Part shown: positions 37,513-50,273 of the stretch, piece by piece | How the letters are laid out: each line of letters starts with the position of its first letter | How positions within the stretch are numbered: the stretch's first letter is position 1 | Notes under the pieces: generated by a model | Told to the model about the DNA's origin: nothing | What the model saw: the letters and a program-made list of their open reading frames with translations, nothing else | Database searches by the model: none | Assembly (NCBI GenBank): GCA_951406725.2 | Contig: OX597815.1 | Span: 205,654,001-205,718,000 of the forward strand | Direction of reading: 5' to 3' | From: Octopus vulgaris | Lineage: Eukaryota | DNA: 64,000 nt | Position numbers and translations under genes: made by a program

Positions 37513-39961
37513 CTATGAATGAAAAATGGGGCAGAAATTATCACATGAATTAAATTATTAGCACAAATTGATTTGTCCCACATCAATAATATTTAAAGAA
37601 ATGTAATTAGATAAAATACAACACAAACGAAGAGTATTTTATACAAAACTGTTTTCAATTTTGTTTTGTTTCATTAATTTTTAAAGATGCTAATTAACTT
37701 GTACTAATATTCAGAGAAGTGAACCATTTCCTATCTTATATAACTTTAAAATTTTTCACTTCACATTACAGTATTGCAAGACATTTTCTTTAATGTCAAA
37801 AAATTGGCAATTATAACATACACACACATAAAAAAAAAGAGAGATTAAGATAGTGTTTCCCAATTATAATCTGATCAAAGAGAGTATTTGAGTGATTAGT
37901 AAAACTCATTAACTTCCATTGGTCATCAATGTTTTTTTTTTTGTTTAGGTCTAATACACCACAACAATCTATGTTCTTCAAACATCACCCAAATCCTCAT
38001 CAACACACTGAAGTAGCCATTTACTTTATTTCAATAAATCCCTCCTGCCAATATTTACATTAAATAATGTACATATTGTACAAACCTTAATCCTTTTAGA
38101 ATTAATCCCACTTCTGTCCCAAATATAAAATATTTATCCCCCAAATTAACACGCACTATATAAATAAGTTCAGTTAAATGAAAGAGGATTAAAAGAAGCA
38201 GTCAACTTCTCTAATTAAAGTGCTCTTTAATTAAAGTTGTGTGTGAAAGGAACAACAGGACTCCAAAGAAAGTTCTGCATCCAATATGAGAACACAATGA
38301 TGATTACTATCCTTAATAAGAGAATATTAAATAAAATCCTGAATGAAATTTCATCAGAACTCAAAATAAAAAAAAAGGAAAAAAAAGGTCACATGAAATA
38401 TAAAATATCAAAATTCATGCTTTTGAATTCATTCTTAATGAAGCTGGAGAGTAAGCATAAGCATCTTGTGTAAAATGGTATATTAATAGCTGGCAAACAT
38501 TTCACTAATCCTAATTAAACTATTACAATCCTCTACACATCATTCTTTAAAGAACAACTTGTCTCTCAGTGCATAAGTAAAAATTCTCAGATTAATAGCT
38601 TTATTTCTAAAGTTGTTGCAGTTCCATTAAATTTTGTATTGTAAAATATTGACAAAATATTTGAGCGATTTACATGCCTACCATTACAGACTGATTGATA
38701 ACCAGTAGTTCTCTGTTTTGTATGTCTTAGAATACATGTTGCTTGAATAAGCCTACAGGTTTGAAGTCATTAGCATAAAGTGTCAGCTGGTTAAGACAGC
38801 TGACACCAAGGCCTTCCATTTCTGGCATAAAATTAAAACACTCTTTAACCTTCAAGTTAAAGAAGGTTTAAACATAAATTTACATGTATTTTAAGTGACT
38901 CACAAAATAAATTTTCAGTGATGTAGCAGTGCTAATAACATAGCAAGAAATATCAGATGTTTTATAGCTAGACATCTTTTAGTAATGCCAAGTATATTAC
39001 AGTAAAATAGGAATGATACCTATTTTATTTTTGTTGATAGACAATGAAAATCTATAACATACTTGACAAGGTGACACTCACATCCCTGTTAGTATATCAG
39101 ATCCTTAACCACTTTTTCTTTATAATATAATACAGTAAGAGACAATGCAATGATCTCAAAAATACAAACTTTATAAGTGATTTTAGTTCATGGGAACTGT
39201 GTACAATACTGTTAAAATCAGAACTTCTATTAAGATATTTGTGGAAGACAGTTAAAATGTTTACAATAGCTTTACTTTTAGCCATTAGTGTGTTCAGTTA
39301 CTCAAACACAACAAAAATGTAGTACACAGTCACCAGAAATTTAGTGGACTACTGTCAACAGATATGCATCTTTTTGATTGACCTAAAAATCACGACAATT
39401 CTTATTCATATTTTACCTCCTTGCAAGCCTCACTTCTGGAATTTCCTTCCTGCATCCCTCAACTAGCAGCTGTTCAAGAAAAAACATCAACTGCATTAAT
39501 GTTACTGATCTACCGATCTTGGGGATCCTGCAGATGCGATGGAGATGGGTCCTCCGGACAAAAACCATAAAGAAGAGAGAGGCTTGCGAGTCATTAGCGA
39601 AACCCACAGATGTTTTATATATATATAAAAACATAGTACTCCTACAGATTTCTTTCTTTCCCAGCAATTTTATGACAAATTCTTGTTAAATATCTGAACA
39701 TTTGTTTCTTTCAATGTATTTAAACAAAAATCAATGCTCAAACTTAAACAGCAACTACACTACAGACAAGAAAATAAGTGTAGGTAACAGATGTAATAGG
39801 CAAAGGAGATACAAAGGTATACTATTATATTATATTACTGAAAAAAAAAAGTTCATTAAGTTTATGCAGAAAAAAAAAAAAAAATGTTAAATTGTATGAA
39901 ATTTCTATTAAATATTAAAAGCAAATATAATCAAATTCTTTAGATAAAAATGGTAACTTAC

Positions 39962-40260
39962 GTAATTTCTTCTTCTAAGGCAGTTTTGAACAAGCGTAAC
40001 AAGAGAAACTCTTCTCTAGCATTAGAACCATAATTAAACAGGGAAAATATGACAGACTCCATAAACTTGGTTGTTTTGCTTTGGGGCATTTCAAAAATCA
40101 GTTTTGCAAGGTAAGTTGGATTTGTTTGCAACAAATAGAACAAATGTTGGTAGGCATCCAGTTTTCCACGACTTTCTTTACTCAGGGCTTTCAGTCCCCG
40201 AGTCATTGCTCCAGTTCGTTCAGCATGTTTCTTCAGTTTGTGATTGTGAAATACTACATC
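39962..40260 (-). CDS. IQGAP1: IQGAP exon, start of RasGAP-related domain
   Basis: 299 nt, DVVFHNHKL...GLKALSKE...AYQHLFYLLQTNPTYLAKLIF...LLLRLFKTALEEEI; TAG/GTAAGT. Confidence 0.97.
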
Positions 40261-40417
40261 CTATAAATCGGAAAGAATGTTCAGAAAATTTACAGTTGAA
40301 ATAAAATTTTATACTTTTGTAACAGACACAAAAAAGAAAATGTTAAAAAAAAAGTTGTGAACTTATCAGCAAATGATTTTCTGAGTCTTTTATTTTAATT
40401 CTTTGTAGTAAAATATT

Positions 40418-40806
40418 GGAATGGAAGCACTCCGTCGGTTACGACGATGAGGGTTCCGGTTGATCCGAATCAACGGAACAGCCTGCTCATGAAATTAATG
40501 TGTAAGTGGCTGAGCACTCCACAGACACGTGCACCCTTAACGTAGTTCTCGGGGATATTCAGCGTGACACAGAGAGTGACAAGGCCGGCCCCTTGAAATA
40601 CAGGTACAACAGAAACAGGAAGTAAGAGTGAGAGAAAATTGTGGTGAAAGAGTACAGCAGGGATCACCACCATCCCCTGCCGGAGCACGTGGAGCTTTTA
40701 GGTGTTTTCGCTCAATAAACACTCACAACACCCGGTCTGGGAATCGAAACCGCAATCCTATCACCGCGAGTCCGCTGCCCTAACCACTGGGCCATTGCGC
40801 CTCCAC
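40418..40806 (-). mobile_element. tRNA-derived SINE (family B) with 11-bp TSD
   Basis: Head GTGGAGGCGCAATGGCCCAGTGG...GGTTTCGATTCCC; TSD AGTAAAATATT at 40407-40417 and 40807-40817; related copies at about 18720-19020 (-) and 33231-33431 (+). Confidence 0.88.
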
Positions 40807-41025
40807 AGTAAAATATTAGGTTGTATGTAAATAAAGCTTACATGGGGAAACAGTTGAGAAGTGAAATTTCTTGTGATATTTACAAGAGGAAGTTATAAGG
40901 CAATAGAAAACTGAGCCATTCTGAAGATGATAGAGTAGGAGTAACATATTTGGTTGTTCACAATATCCAACACTTTAGTAATTTGCTATTCATCATGCAT
41001 ATAATTTTTAAAATGTTATTCTTAC

Positions 41026-41147
41026 CTGTAAAGTAATTCTATTTTTAATCAAAAGACCAATTTTAATATCCATTTGATTTAAATCATTCTCCAACTGCTG
41101 ATTGGAACGAATTTCAGATCCAACTTGCTGTCTTAACTTTTGTAGTT
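41026..41147 (-). CDS. IQGAP1: IQGAP exon, coiled coil
   Basis: 122 nt, LQKLRQQVGSEIRSNQQLENDLNQMDIKIGLLIKNRITLQ; TAG/GTAAGA. Confidence 0.96.
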
Positions 41148-42221
41148 CTAAAATACAAAATAAAATGAGAAAGATTAGCTTATTTTTTTATATTCTATTT
41201 TATATAAATATATAATAGATGCAGGCATGGCTGTTTGGTTAAGAAGTTTGCTTGCCAGACATATGGCTTTGGGCTCAGTCCCACTGCATGGCACCTAGGG
41301 CAAGTCTTCTGCTATAATCCTGGGCTAACCAAAGCCTTGCAAGTGGATTTAGTAGACAGAGCCTGAAAGAAGCCTGTTCTGTATGTATTCCAATATTCTG
41401 CAAAAACATGCCAGGCCATAGGAAAATACTACCTTTCTTGGAAACAGGTGAGGGCATCTGGCTGTAGAAAACCTGCCTCAAACTTTGTTCAATCCATGCA
41501 AGTATGGAGAAGTGGATGCTAAAATGATGATTGCATATACACACAAGTTTCCTTTTCATTTGTTTTAATTTTTCTATGCTGGTATGGGTTAGATGGGGAC
41601 TTATTTCAGGCAAAATTTTATGGCCAAATGCTTCTCCTGTCATTGCGTTACATAAAAAGCATTGGTGTTGATGTTGATTCCACATAAAAAACACTGGTGA
41701 TGGTGCCACGTAAAAAGGATCCAGTACATTCTGTACAGTTGTTGGCATTAGGAAGAGCATCCAGCTGTAAAAACCAAGCCAAAACAGACCATGGAACCTG
41801 AGGTGGCTCCTGGCCCTGCCAGTTTCAGTCAAGATGTTCAATGATGCCAGCATGGAAATCAGACATTAAATGATCATGATGAACTGCTTTTCAAGTTAGG
41901 CATTATATTAGAACCAGTCAACAAAGATAAAACAATTGTGGTGAGTTAGTTTTCAACACCCACTAGCAGTTCACCATCTCAACACAACTTTTTTTGCTCC
42001 AAGATCAACAACACTACATGTTGAAAGGTGTTGAAAGGAAGAAAAAAAAAAAAAAATCAAGTATGCCTCATTTTTTAACTACCATTTCATATGGATCACA
42101 TTTCTTCTAGTGGAGGCTATGGGCAAGCCTGACTGAACAGAATTATATTGAATGACATTACACCCATGACCATCATCTTTTTATCTTTATCACAGTACAC
42201 CCAAAAACATTATCCAATATA

Positions 42222-42604
42222 TCTCTCTCTATATAAACGGCAGTTTGTCTGTGCGTGTTTCTGTGTGTCTGTTTGCTTGTACCCTCACCCTGACCACGGC
42301 TTTCAACCGATTCTGATGAAACTTGACACACACATAGCCCAATGTCATAATTCAAAACTAACGCAGTGAAAATTTTGAAAAGTTTCTCCAGTTCTGAAAA
42401 AAAATCGATAAATTCGACATGGGGTCGAGAATTAGAAACACAAACCACAGACTGTCTAGGGGACGCAACTCGACCTTTTTTAACTCTCAAAAAAATTTAC
42501 CATCATTTTCCCCCCATTTTTTTGCTATTTTTTGGCTATAACTCTAAAAATGCTTTATAGTTATTTCCCTTACAAACCTGAGCAACGCCAGGCGATACTG
42601 CTAG
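42222..42604 (+). mobile_element. Non-autonomous Helitron
   Basis: A|TC start, hairpin CCTGAGCAACGCCAGG, CTAG|T end. Confidence 0.85.
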
Positions 42605-42877
42605 TCCTTTTATAAAACGATGGAATGTCATTTGGAGGATACTTGGCTGTTACTCCAAGTAGATTGAGCAATGACAGAGGCCAAAGGCTTGCTTGCTGCT
42701 TTTGAAATTTTTGGAAAGTATGGTCTCCCCCACTGAAAATCTATTCAAAGACATAGTGGATAGGAAACTAATTTTAAAAACCACACAATATGGTGCATAC
42801 TTATCAATATCTAAACCGCATTTATGTGGTAATGTACCTTTTTTTTAAAGAGAATAAATAAATATAAGGAAACTTAC

Positions 42878-42964
42878 CAAGTTCTTCTGCATAATCAGCA
42901 TCACTAGCATCCAGCAAGTGCACAAACTTGCGGACAACACTCAAGGGAGGATTATCATCATAAA
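42878..42964 (-). CDS. IQGAP1: IQGAP exon
   Basis: 87 nt, YDDNPPLSVVRKFVHLLDASDADYAEEL; TAG/GTAAGT. Confidence 0.95.
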
Positions 42965-43140
42965 CTAAAAATTTAATTAGAAAAGCAGGAATAAATACAA
43001 GGTGTATATTATGCTTTTTAACATTGGTACAAGATTACAAATTGCAAGGAGAGAGAGATATAATCAAATTTAATTCCCCAGTATCTGACTGGTACTTTAA
43101 TTACCAGCTCTAGAATTAATAAAAAATGTTATGACATGTA

Positions 43141-43520
43141 GGAACACGTATGGCTGTGTGGTTAAATAGCTCACTTCACAACCACATGGTTTCAGGTTCA
43201 ATCCTACTGTATAGCACCCTGGGCAAGTGCATTCTACTTTATTCCCATACCAACCAATGCCTTGCGAATGAATTTAATAGATGGAAACTGTGTGGAAGCC
43301 CATATGTGTGCATCTGCATTTGACTCTCACCACAGCTTGACAGCCAGTGTTGGTTTGTTTATGTCTTGTAACTCAGTGAATTGGCAAAGAGACAAAGAAA
43401 ATAAGTACCAGATAAAAAAAGTAAGTATTGGAGATTGGGATCAATTTGTTTGACTAAACCCTTCAAGGCAATGCCTCTGCATGACTACAGTCCAATGACT
43501 GAAATAAGTAAAAGATAAGA
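43141..43520 (+). mobile_element. Diverged family A-like SINE
   Basis: TGGCTGTGTGG head, GGGCAAGT core, AATGACTGAAA tail. Confidence 0.65.
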
Positions 43521-43725
43521 CATGTAATAAAAAAAAAAAAAAAGAACAATTGAAAAAAATAATGACTCAGTGATCAAGAGTTCATATCACACTCAAGACA
43601 ATTGTGCTTCTTAATTCAATTTATCTCAGATCAAAACTAAAGATTAATTACTTGAATTCAATCAAAATTAACTGTGAGAGACAACCCAAAGATCATGCTC
43701 AGGTAAGTAGAATTAACCTATATAT

Positions 43726-43920
43726 ATTATAAATAAGGGCAAGAAGAAAAAAGATTTCTTTGCCAATATTCTGAAAAATAGACGCTAAATCATCTAACCA
43801 CATGAAATATTGACATATATTATTACAAGTGAAAATATTTCATGTGGTTAGATGATTTAGCGTCTATTTTTCAGCATATTGGCAAAGAATTTTTTTTTTC
43901 TTTTTGCCCTTATTTATAAT
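43726..43920. repeat. About 195-bp near-perfect palindrome
   Basis: Arms 43726-43811 and 43834-43920 (gacgctaaatcatctaaccacatgaaatatt / aatatttcatgtggttagatgatttagcgtc). Confidence 0.9.
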
Positions 43921-44132
43921 TGTATTTATAATTTTTACCTTAAAAGGTAATTTTCATATGCTGGCCATTGATAAAATTTTTTAATAAAATTTTATCCTTA
44001 TATTAGATATATATATATATCTTGGCTCAATATACATATTTAGTATATTTTAAAGAAAATTTCTCTAATTTTTTTAGTCTGTTTTTCTACAATTTCAGTA
44101 GTGTATGTCATGGATGTATCTAATATACTTAC

Positions 44133-44202
44133 CAAGAGATTTATAATCATGTCTGGCAAGGGTAGATCGAACAAAGGCTTGGATTTTTACAATGGAATTT
44201 TC
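44133..44202 (-). CDS. IQGAP1: IQGAP exon, IQ motif 4
   Basis: 70 nt, ENSIVKIQAFVRSTLARHDYKSL; less common AAG acceptor (ttttcaag), GTAAGT donor. Confidence 0.92.
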
Positions 44203-44347
44203 CTTGAAAAATCAAAAAGGTAAGTTCAGTTTAATTCGTATGTAAATGCAAAAGTGAAAATCAAACCAAAATATCATAAATGAATTAAATATTTTCAACA
44301 TTAGCCAATGTAAGTACCAATTTGAGACAAAAGATAAACAGTCCTGT

Positions 44348-44350
<3 letters not shown>

Positions 44351-44438
<88 letters not shown>

Positions 44439-44450
44439 AGAGAGAGAGAG
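44351..44450. repeat. (GA)n microsatellite
   Basis: About 100 bp of GA repeats with rare interruptions. Confidence 0.95.
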
Positions 44451-45009
44451 GCAGAAATAAATTTAAGTATTGAATCTGAGAGAAAGGGGTTGACAGGTAT
44501 TTCGGAGTGAAATCAATTATGTAGTTGTCTAGCAAGTGGTACACATGTGTCCCATATTCCGTTAGTGAGTATTTGACCCTTTGCCTTGAATTGGTGCTTA
44601 CAGTGTCTTAATATCATTCTATATTCTCTACATAACACTCTTGTTTACAGATTTACAAATAAGATACAACATGAAGTTTGAGTAGTTAGAAACACAAGCA
44701 GAAACATACGAAAGATCATTCATATAGTATCTCCTCTGGCAACCCCATTGGTGTTGGTGTCATATAGAAAGCATCTGTGCTGGTACCACGTAAACAAATT
44801 CCCATGCTGGTACCTTGTAAGCAGGTGCACCTGTGTTGGCTCCACGTAAGCAAGCACCCAGTGCACCCTGAAAAATGGCTGGTGTCAAGAGGGGCATCCA
44901 GCCATAGGCATCTTGCCAAAATAAACAACTGGAGCCTGTTGCGCCTCTCCAGCTTGCCAGCTCTTGTCAAACTGTCTAATCCACACCAGCATGGAAAACA
45001 GATGTAAAA

Positions 45010-45011
<2 letters not shown>

Positions 45012-45063
<52 letters not shown>
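45012..45063. repeat. (TA)n microsatellite
   Basis: Pure TA run. Confidence 0.95.
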
Positions 45064-45067
<4 letters not shown>

Positions 45068-45963
45068 CTGATGCCCCATCCTTCGCAAGTCTTGCAAGCT
45101 GCATAGTGACCTAACTAGTGCTGATGGCATGAAAACAGCACTCAGTACATACTGAAAAGTGATTGGTACTAGGTCGGACATCCAGCCATAGGAACAATGC
45201 CAAAGCAGATGCTGGAGCACAATGCAGTCCTTGGACCCATGAGATCCTGTTCAACCCATGCCAGCATGGACACTATATGATGATGATGTCAATGGTGGCA
45301 GCTGATGGTTGAAGCATAAGACATTGTCCAAATGAATTTCAAGTACCAAAATAGACACTGTATACATTTGTAGTGGTCAGAATTCTAAGAACAAACACAA
45401 CTGTCTTAATGAGCAGGCTACTCTAGTCTATGTCAAAGAACAAAAAATGAGTTCATTTTAGCCTGACTACAACCAAATGAGTGAAAATATTAACATGAAT
45501 ATTTAAGAAAGGATTAAATGTGTCATACAATAGCCTGTCATTGAGAAATAGGTTATTGATCAATGGTCAAAATACTCACTTTCATGGAATATATATAATT
45601 AAATGGTAGTTATATAATATATATATATATCATCATCATTTAACGTCCGCTTTCCATGCTAGCATGGGTTGGACGATTTGACTGAGGACTGGCGAACCAG
45701 ATGGCTGCACCAGGCTCCAAACTGATCTAGCAGAGTTTCTACAGCTAGATGCCCTTCATAATGCCAACCACTCCGAGAGTGTAGTGGGTGCTTTTACATG
45801 CCACCGGCACGAGGGTGAGTCAGGTGGTACTGGCAACGGCCACGCTCAAATGGTGCTTTTTATGTGCCACCTGCACAGGAGCCAGTCCAGTGGCACTGGT
45901 AACGACCTAGCTTGAATGTTTTTTCACGTGTCACCAGCACAAGTGCCAGTAAGGCGACACAGG

Positions 45964-46003
<40 letters not shown>

Positions 46004-46777
46004 TATTATGGAATATAGTATGTTACTATAGAAAATTTTAGCTATTAAGTTTCTTTGTTCCAGCAAGTCATATTTGATGATTAATCATTTAAGAATAATA
46101 GTTAAGGACGCCAGTTTTGGCTGTGTAGTGAAGATGCACATTTTTTGTGGGGTTTGATCACAATGTGTGATGCCTTTGACTAGTTCTTCAACTATAACCT
46201 TGTGTCAACCCAAACCTTGTCAGTGAAATAAGGTTGGCAAAAATTGTGAGTTTCTGTCAAAATGTTATTGGGTAGCAGACTTAATCTGCTACTGGATTAA
46301 CTCCACTACCTGGTTCTTGAGTTACCTTTAACAGGGTCTGTGAGCAAATACTTTGAAAAGTGAACCTCATGAGACATAGCTCATCAGGTGAGCTACACTA
46401 CTAAAAAAAATTCAAGGAAATTTTTCATTGGCATGTTAATTCATAAAGTTCAGCGGCCACAGTTTACTCATGATTGGTCTATACTATGGTAGTGTTTGAA
46501 CCAGGGATCACTATCTTCATATACTGCTGCCTACTGCAAAATCCCATGAGCCATAATTTCGTTATTCTTTTCCCCAATTAATATTGTTGCTCTTGTTTGA
46601 CTGAGTCATAAAAAGAAATGAAAAAACAAACCCAAATTGAATGCTTTCACATTTAAATTTACATGATATTTTTTTAAAATTTTAAATTTCAAAAGAAATA
46701 AAAAAGAAAAAAAATTTAGTTTACCATGGCTTTGGCCACCATGAGTAAGATAAGCTAAAGAAAACGAGACTACTTAC

Positions 46778-46849
46778 ATTGTCTTTGAAATATTTTAGTC
46801 TCTCTCTGTATCTTTTTCTGGTCAAGTACATTCTGGTAAATGCTTGTAA
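46778..46849 (-). CDS. IQGAP1: IQGAP exon, IQ motif 3
   Basis: 72 nt, LQAFTRMYLTRKRYRERLKYFKDN; CAG/GTAAGT. Confidence 0.93.
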
Positions 46850-47122
46850 CTGATTCAACAGAAAAAAAAATCCTTAAACACCGATTCCTCATACAATCCT
46901 TAAGCATGATAAAATACATGATTATATTACTTCCTAAGTTCATTATCAAATACTGTTGTGATCAAAATTAGAAATCTTGATATAATGCAGACAGTATTTC
47001 TGATAATTAATACATTTCAGAAATTAATTTTGGTTCATTAGTGTCTAAGGAAATATAATTTAAGCTTTGTACATTTACAAGGTTTATAAACCTGGTGTAT
47101 AAGATGAATGCAAAATATTTAC

Positions 47123-47206
47123 CTTAACGGCAGCAGGACCATTCTGTTTCAAGAACTGTTTTCTGGTTTTGAAAAGGTTTCGTTGACGAGAACCTCTCCA
47201 GTAAGC
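47123..47206 (-). CDS. IQGAP1: IQGAP exon, IQ motif 2
   Basis: 84 nt, AYWRGSRQRNLFKTRKQFLKQNGPAAVK; CAG/GTAAAT. Confidence 0.94.
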
Positions 47207-47586
47207 CTGAAATAAAGCAAGATAAACAAAATTAGAGAAAAAAAAGTTGAGAGAAAGAGAAAGGAAGATATTGAAAAAAGAAAGCGAAGTCAGACAACGG
47301 TGCAGGTTTCCACTGTACAACTTTAAAGAGACAGCAGAAATTAAAGGCAGCAAACACTCGTCATTTCGTTACTAACTTCTCTTAACTCGATAGAAATATT
47401 TGCAATAATAAAGTTTTAGAAAACTAAAGGCATTTATCATATTGCAAAAATTATTTTCTGGAATTATTTGTAAGCCATAATTTGTAAGCTGCTAGTAACA
47501 ACTACAGTAAATAGCAAAGCCATGCTAGAATTGTAATAATTTAAACTCTACTTTCCAATTTACAAAGAAAAAAAAAGAAAATTTAC

Positions 47587-47757
47587 CTGGATTTTAGTAA
47601 TTGCTGGTGTTTGAGAGTTGATATAGGTAATGCGGTCATTAAATGATTTCCTCACCAAGTAACCACGAATTAAAGCTTGGACCAACACAATGAAACCTTC
47701 ATTTGCCTTAAACAAGAGCTCTCGGTCATAGCTTTCTTGAATTTCAGTTAAAACACT
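47587..47757 (-). CDS. IQGAP1: IQGAP exon, IQ motif 1 and start of IQ2
   Basis: 171 nt, ...YDRELLFKANEGFIVLVQALIRGYLVRK...AITKIQ; CAG/GTAAAT. Confidence 0.95.
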
Positions 47758-49746
47758 CTGGAATCAGAAACAATTTTTTTTTTTTTTTAAAGTAAAATAA
47801 ATTTCTTTTTCACTTGTTTCAAATAGACAGTTTTTATTGATTTGTGAAGTTATTTTTTATTATCTATTTCAGTCATTGGTTTATAGCTAAGCTAGGGGGA
47901 CTGCCTCAAATAAGCCTTGAAAGTTCTAGACCATTAAATTGACCCTAGTTAATAATTTTTAACTTCTGTTCTTCTGTCATTCTTTGCCAAACTGTCGAGG
48001 GAACATAAACAACCTAACACAGTTAAGTGCTAAGAGGCAAATACAAACACATACACAACAAACACATCTATATGCATTTACACACAAATGGGCTTCTCCA
48101 CAGTTTCTATCAACCAAATTTCTCACAAAGCCTTGGTTGACCAAGGGTGAAATTAGGATCTCGGGTTCAGATCTCTCATCTAAACCAGTCATTTCATGTG
48201 TTGGCAGCCCACCTACCACCCTCACTGCCAACCTTGAACTAATTCTAAAAGGCATGTCTCTGTTCAATTCCCCTTTTCTTTCTGTACGAGTACAATGACA
48301 GTACACAGTCAGTCTTTTACCATTATTTTGGAAGGGGTTAGGAGTTAGGGTGGGTGATATGACTAGCAGGCACTCCACTGCTATCACAATCATAAGCATT
48401 TAGAAGAAAAAAGAAAAAAACAAGGGGCCAATTCATTTGGCTAAAAATTCTTCAAGGTGATGCTCCAGCATGGCTGCAATCTAATGACTGAAACAAGTAA
48501 AAAATAAAAATAAAAGGTAAAAGTAATTTTTAAATGGGGAGGATTAGATGATTACTATGACCCCAGAACTAGACTAAGACATTCTTTTATTGACCTCTGA
48601 AAGATGAAAGGCAAACCTGACCTTGGTGGGGTTTGAAGAAAGATTGTAAAATGCCAGAGGAAGAAATCTCAAAAAGAATTTTGTTCAATGCTTTAATGTT
48701 TCTTCTAATCTTCCAACCTAGTAGTAGTAGTAATAATAATAATAATAATCTTGGTATAAAAGATGGGCTACAGCAAATATTCTGCTCAATACCATAGATT
48801 TGTTTTGTCAGTTGTTTGACCGTAACCAGTTGACCATGTCCCTTAGTGGCTGATGATATGTGCATCTCTGATCATGAGCAGAAGTAGTTGAGGAGTATCA
48901 TAGCCATGTTAGTTAATTTTTGGCTCAAAAAGCAAAAAGCAAGGCCATGTAGGGGGACATGGAGTTATGTACAGGGTGGTGTTCATGTAAAGAGTTCAGG
49001 CCATTTCTGGTCAAGAGAGACTTTGAACTGAGACTTTGAACCATGTGCTCTTTGGGGTTTGAATAATTCACCTCTGGAAACATGGGCGTTTCATTCAACA
49101 TTCTTAAACCTTATCCACAGACCTTTTGAATACGATGGGCTACATGACCTGAAGAAAATTCTAACTGGGCCCTACTTGCAAAGTCATGCACTGTTTACTT
49201 TGATATGAGATCACCATGTTATGCACATATGGTTGTGATGCATGTGCCTGGTGTACCCTTATCAGATGGTTATACTGGGCTTTGTATATTTGGACCCCAG
49301 TGTCACTCTGATGGCATGCACTACTCTCCCATTCAATAATAATCCTTTCTACTAAAATTTCGGGAGAGGAGCCCAAATATCATCAGCCCCAAGACTTAAC
49401 TGATACTCATTTTATTGACCCCAAAAGGGATGAAAGGTAAAGTTGATCTCAGCAGAATTTGAACTCAGAACATAAAGACTGATGAAATGCTGCTAAGCAT
49501 TTTGCCTGGCAAGCTAACGATTCTGCCAGCTCACTACCTTAATAATAATAGCTTCTGATTTAGGAACAAGACCAGCAATTTTAGTGGGAGGGTGTTAGTT
49601 GATAACATTGATCCTAGTATTTGACTAGTACTTTATTTGTAATGGGCTCAATGGTACTGAGTAAACCCCTTCCCCTTAAAATTACTGATTTTTTTTTCTC
49701 TTTTTTTGCCCGAATCAGAAACCATTATTATTACTCTTATTTACTA

Positions 49747-50273
49747 CTAGCTTAAAAGCCGCACTCCATGCGGACTTCTAACCTAGCTCCTGCAGAGGGC
49801 TAATTGGGTTTGTGGCTGAAAACTAAAGAGCTAAATGACATGACTATAATACATCTATAATGACTATAGGCTCCAGTGGTGTTTGATCACAGGTTAAAGA
49901 CAGATGAGAATTACTTTTGCAATGCAATCATTCTGTTGTATTCCAACTGTTGGCCAATTTGTCCCAAAGTTCTTATCTTGACATAAAATTAATGAAGCGA
50001 ATATCATTTATCTCCCCCTTGGTCTCTGACATCATCTGACAAACGTCAACCAAGATGGTGTGAATAAGCCAAGCTTTACATGCTAGAAATAGCAACCCAA
50101 GTGCTTTTAAAATCAGATCCCAATGCTGAATGTTCAAGAACCAAATGACGGGCAGATTTTCAAATCCGGGATCATCCTGATTCCAAAAAAGGTATATGTC
50201 TATGCTGAGCAAATGTAGGCTGAGATACAGGGGGTCCCAGACGGACAGACAGAATTTCGGTTTTATTATTATA
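49747..50273 (-). mobile_element. Older Helitron-like element
   Basis: CTAG end with hairpin CCGCACTCCATGCGG; 5' end TATAATAATAAAACCGAAATTCTGTCTGTCCGTCTG. Confidence 0.6.

Noticed and set aside
44322-44510. RE-repeat ORF
   Set aside because: It is the translation of the (GA)n microsatellite.
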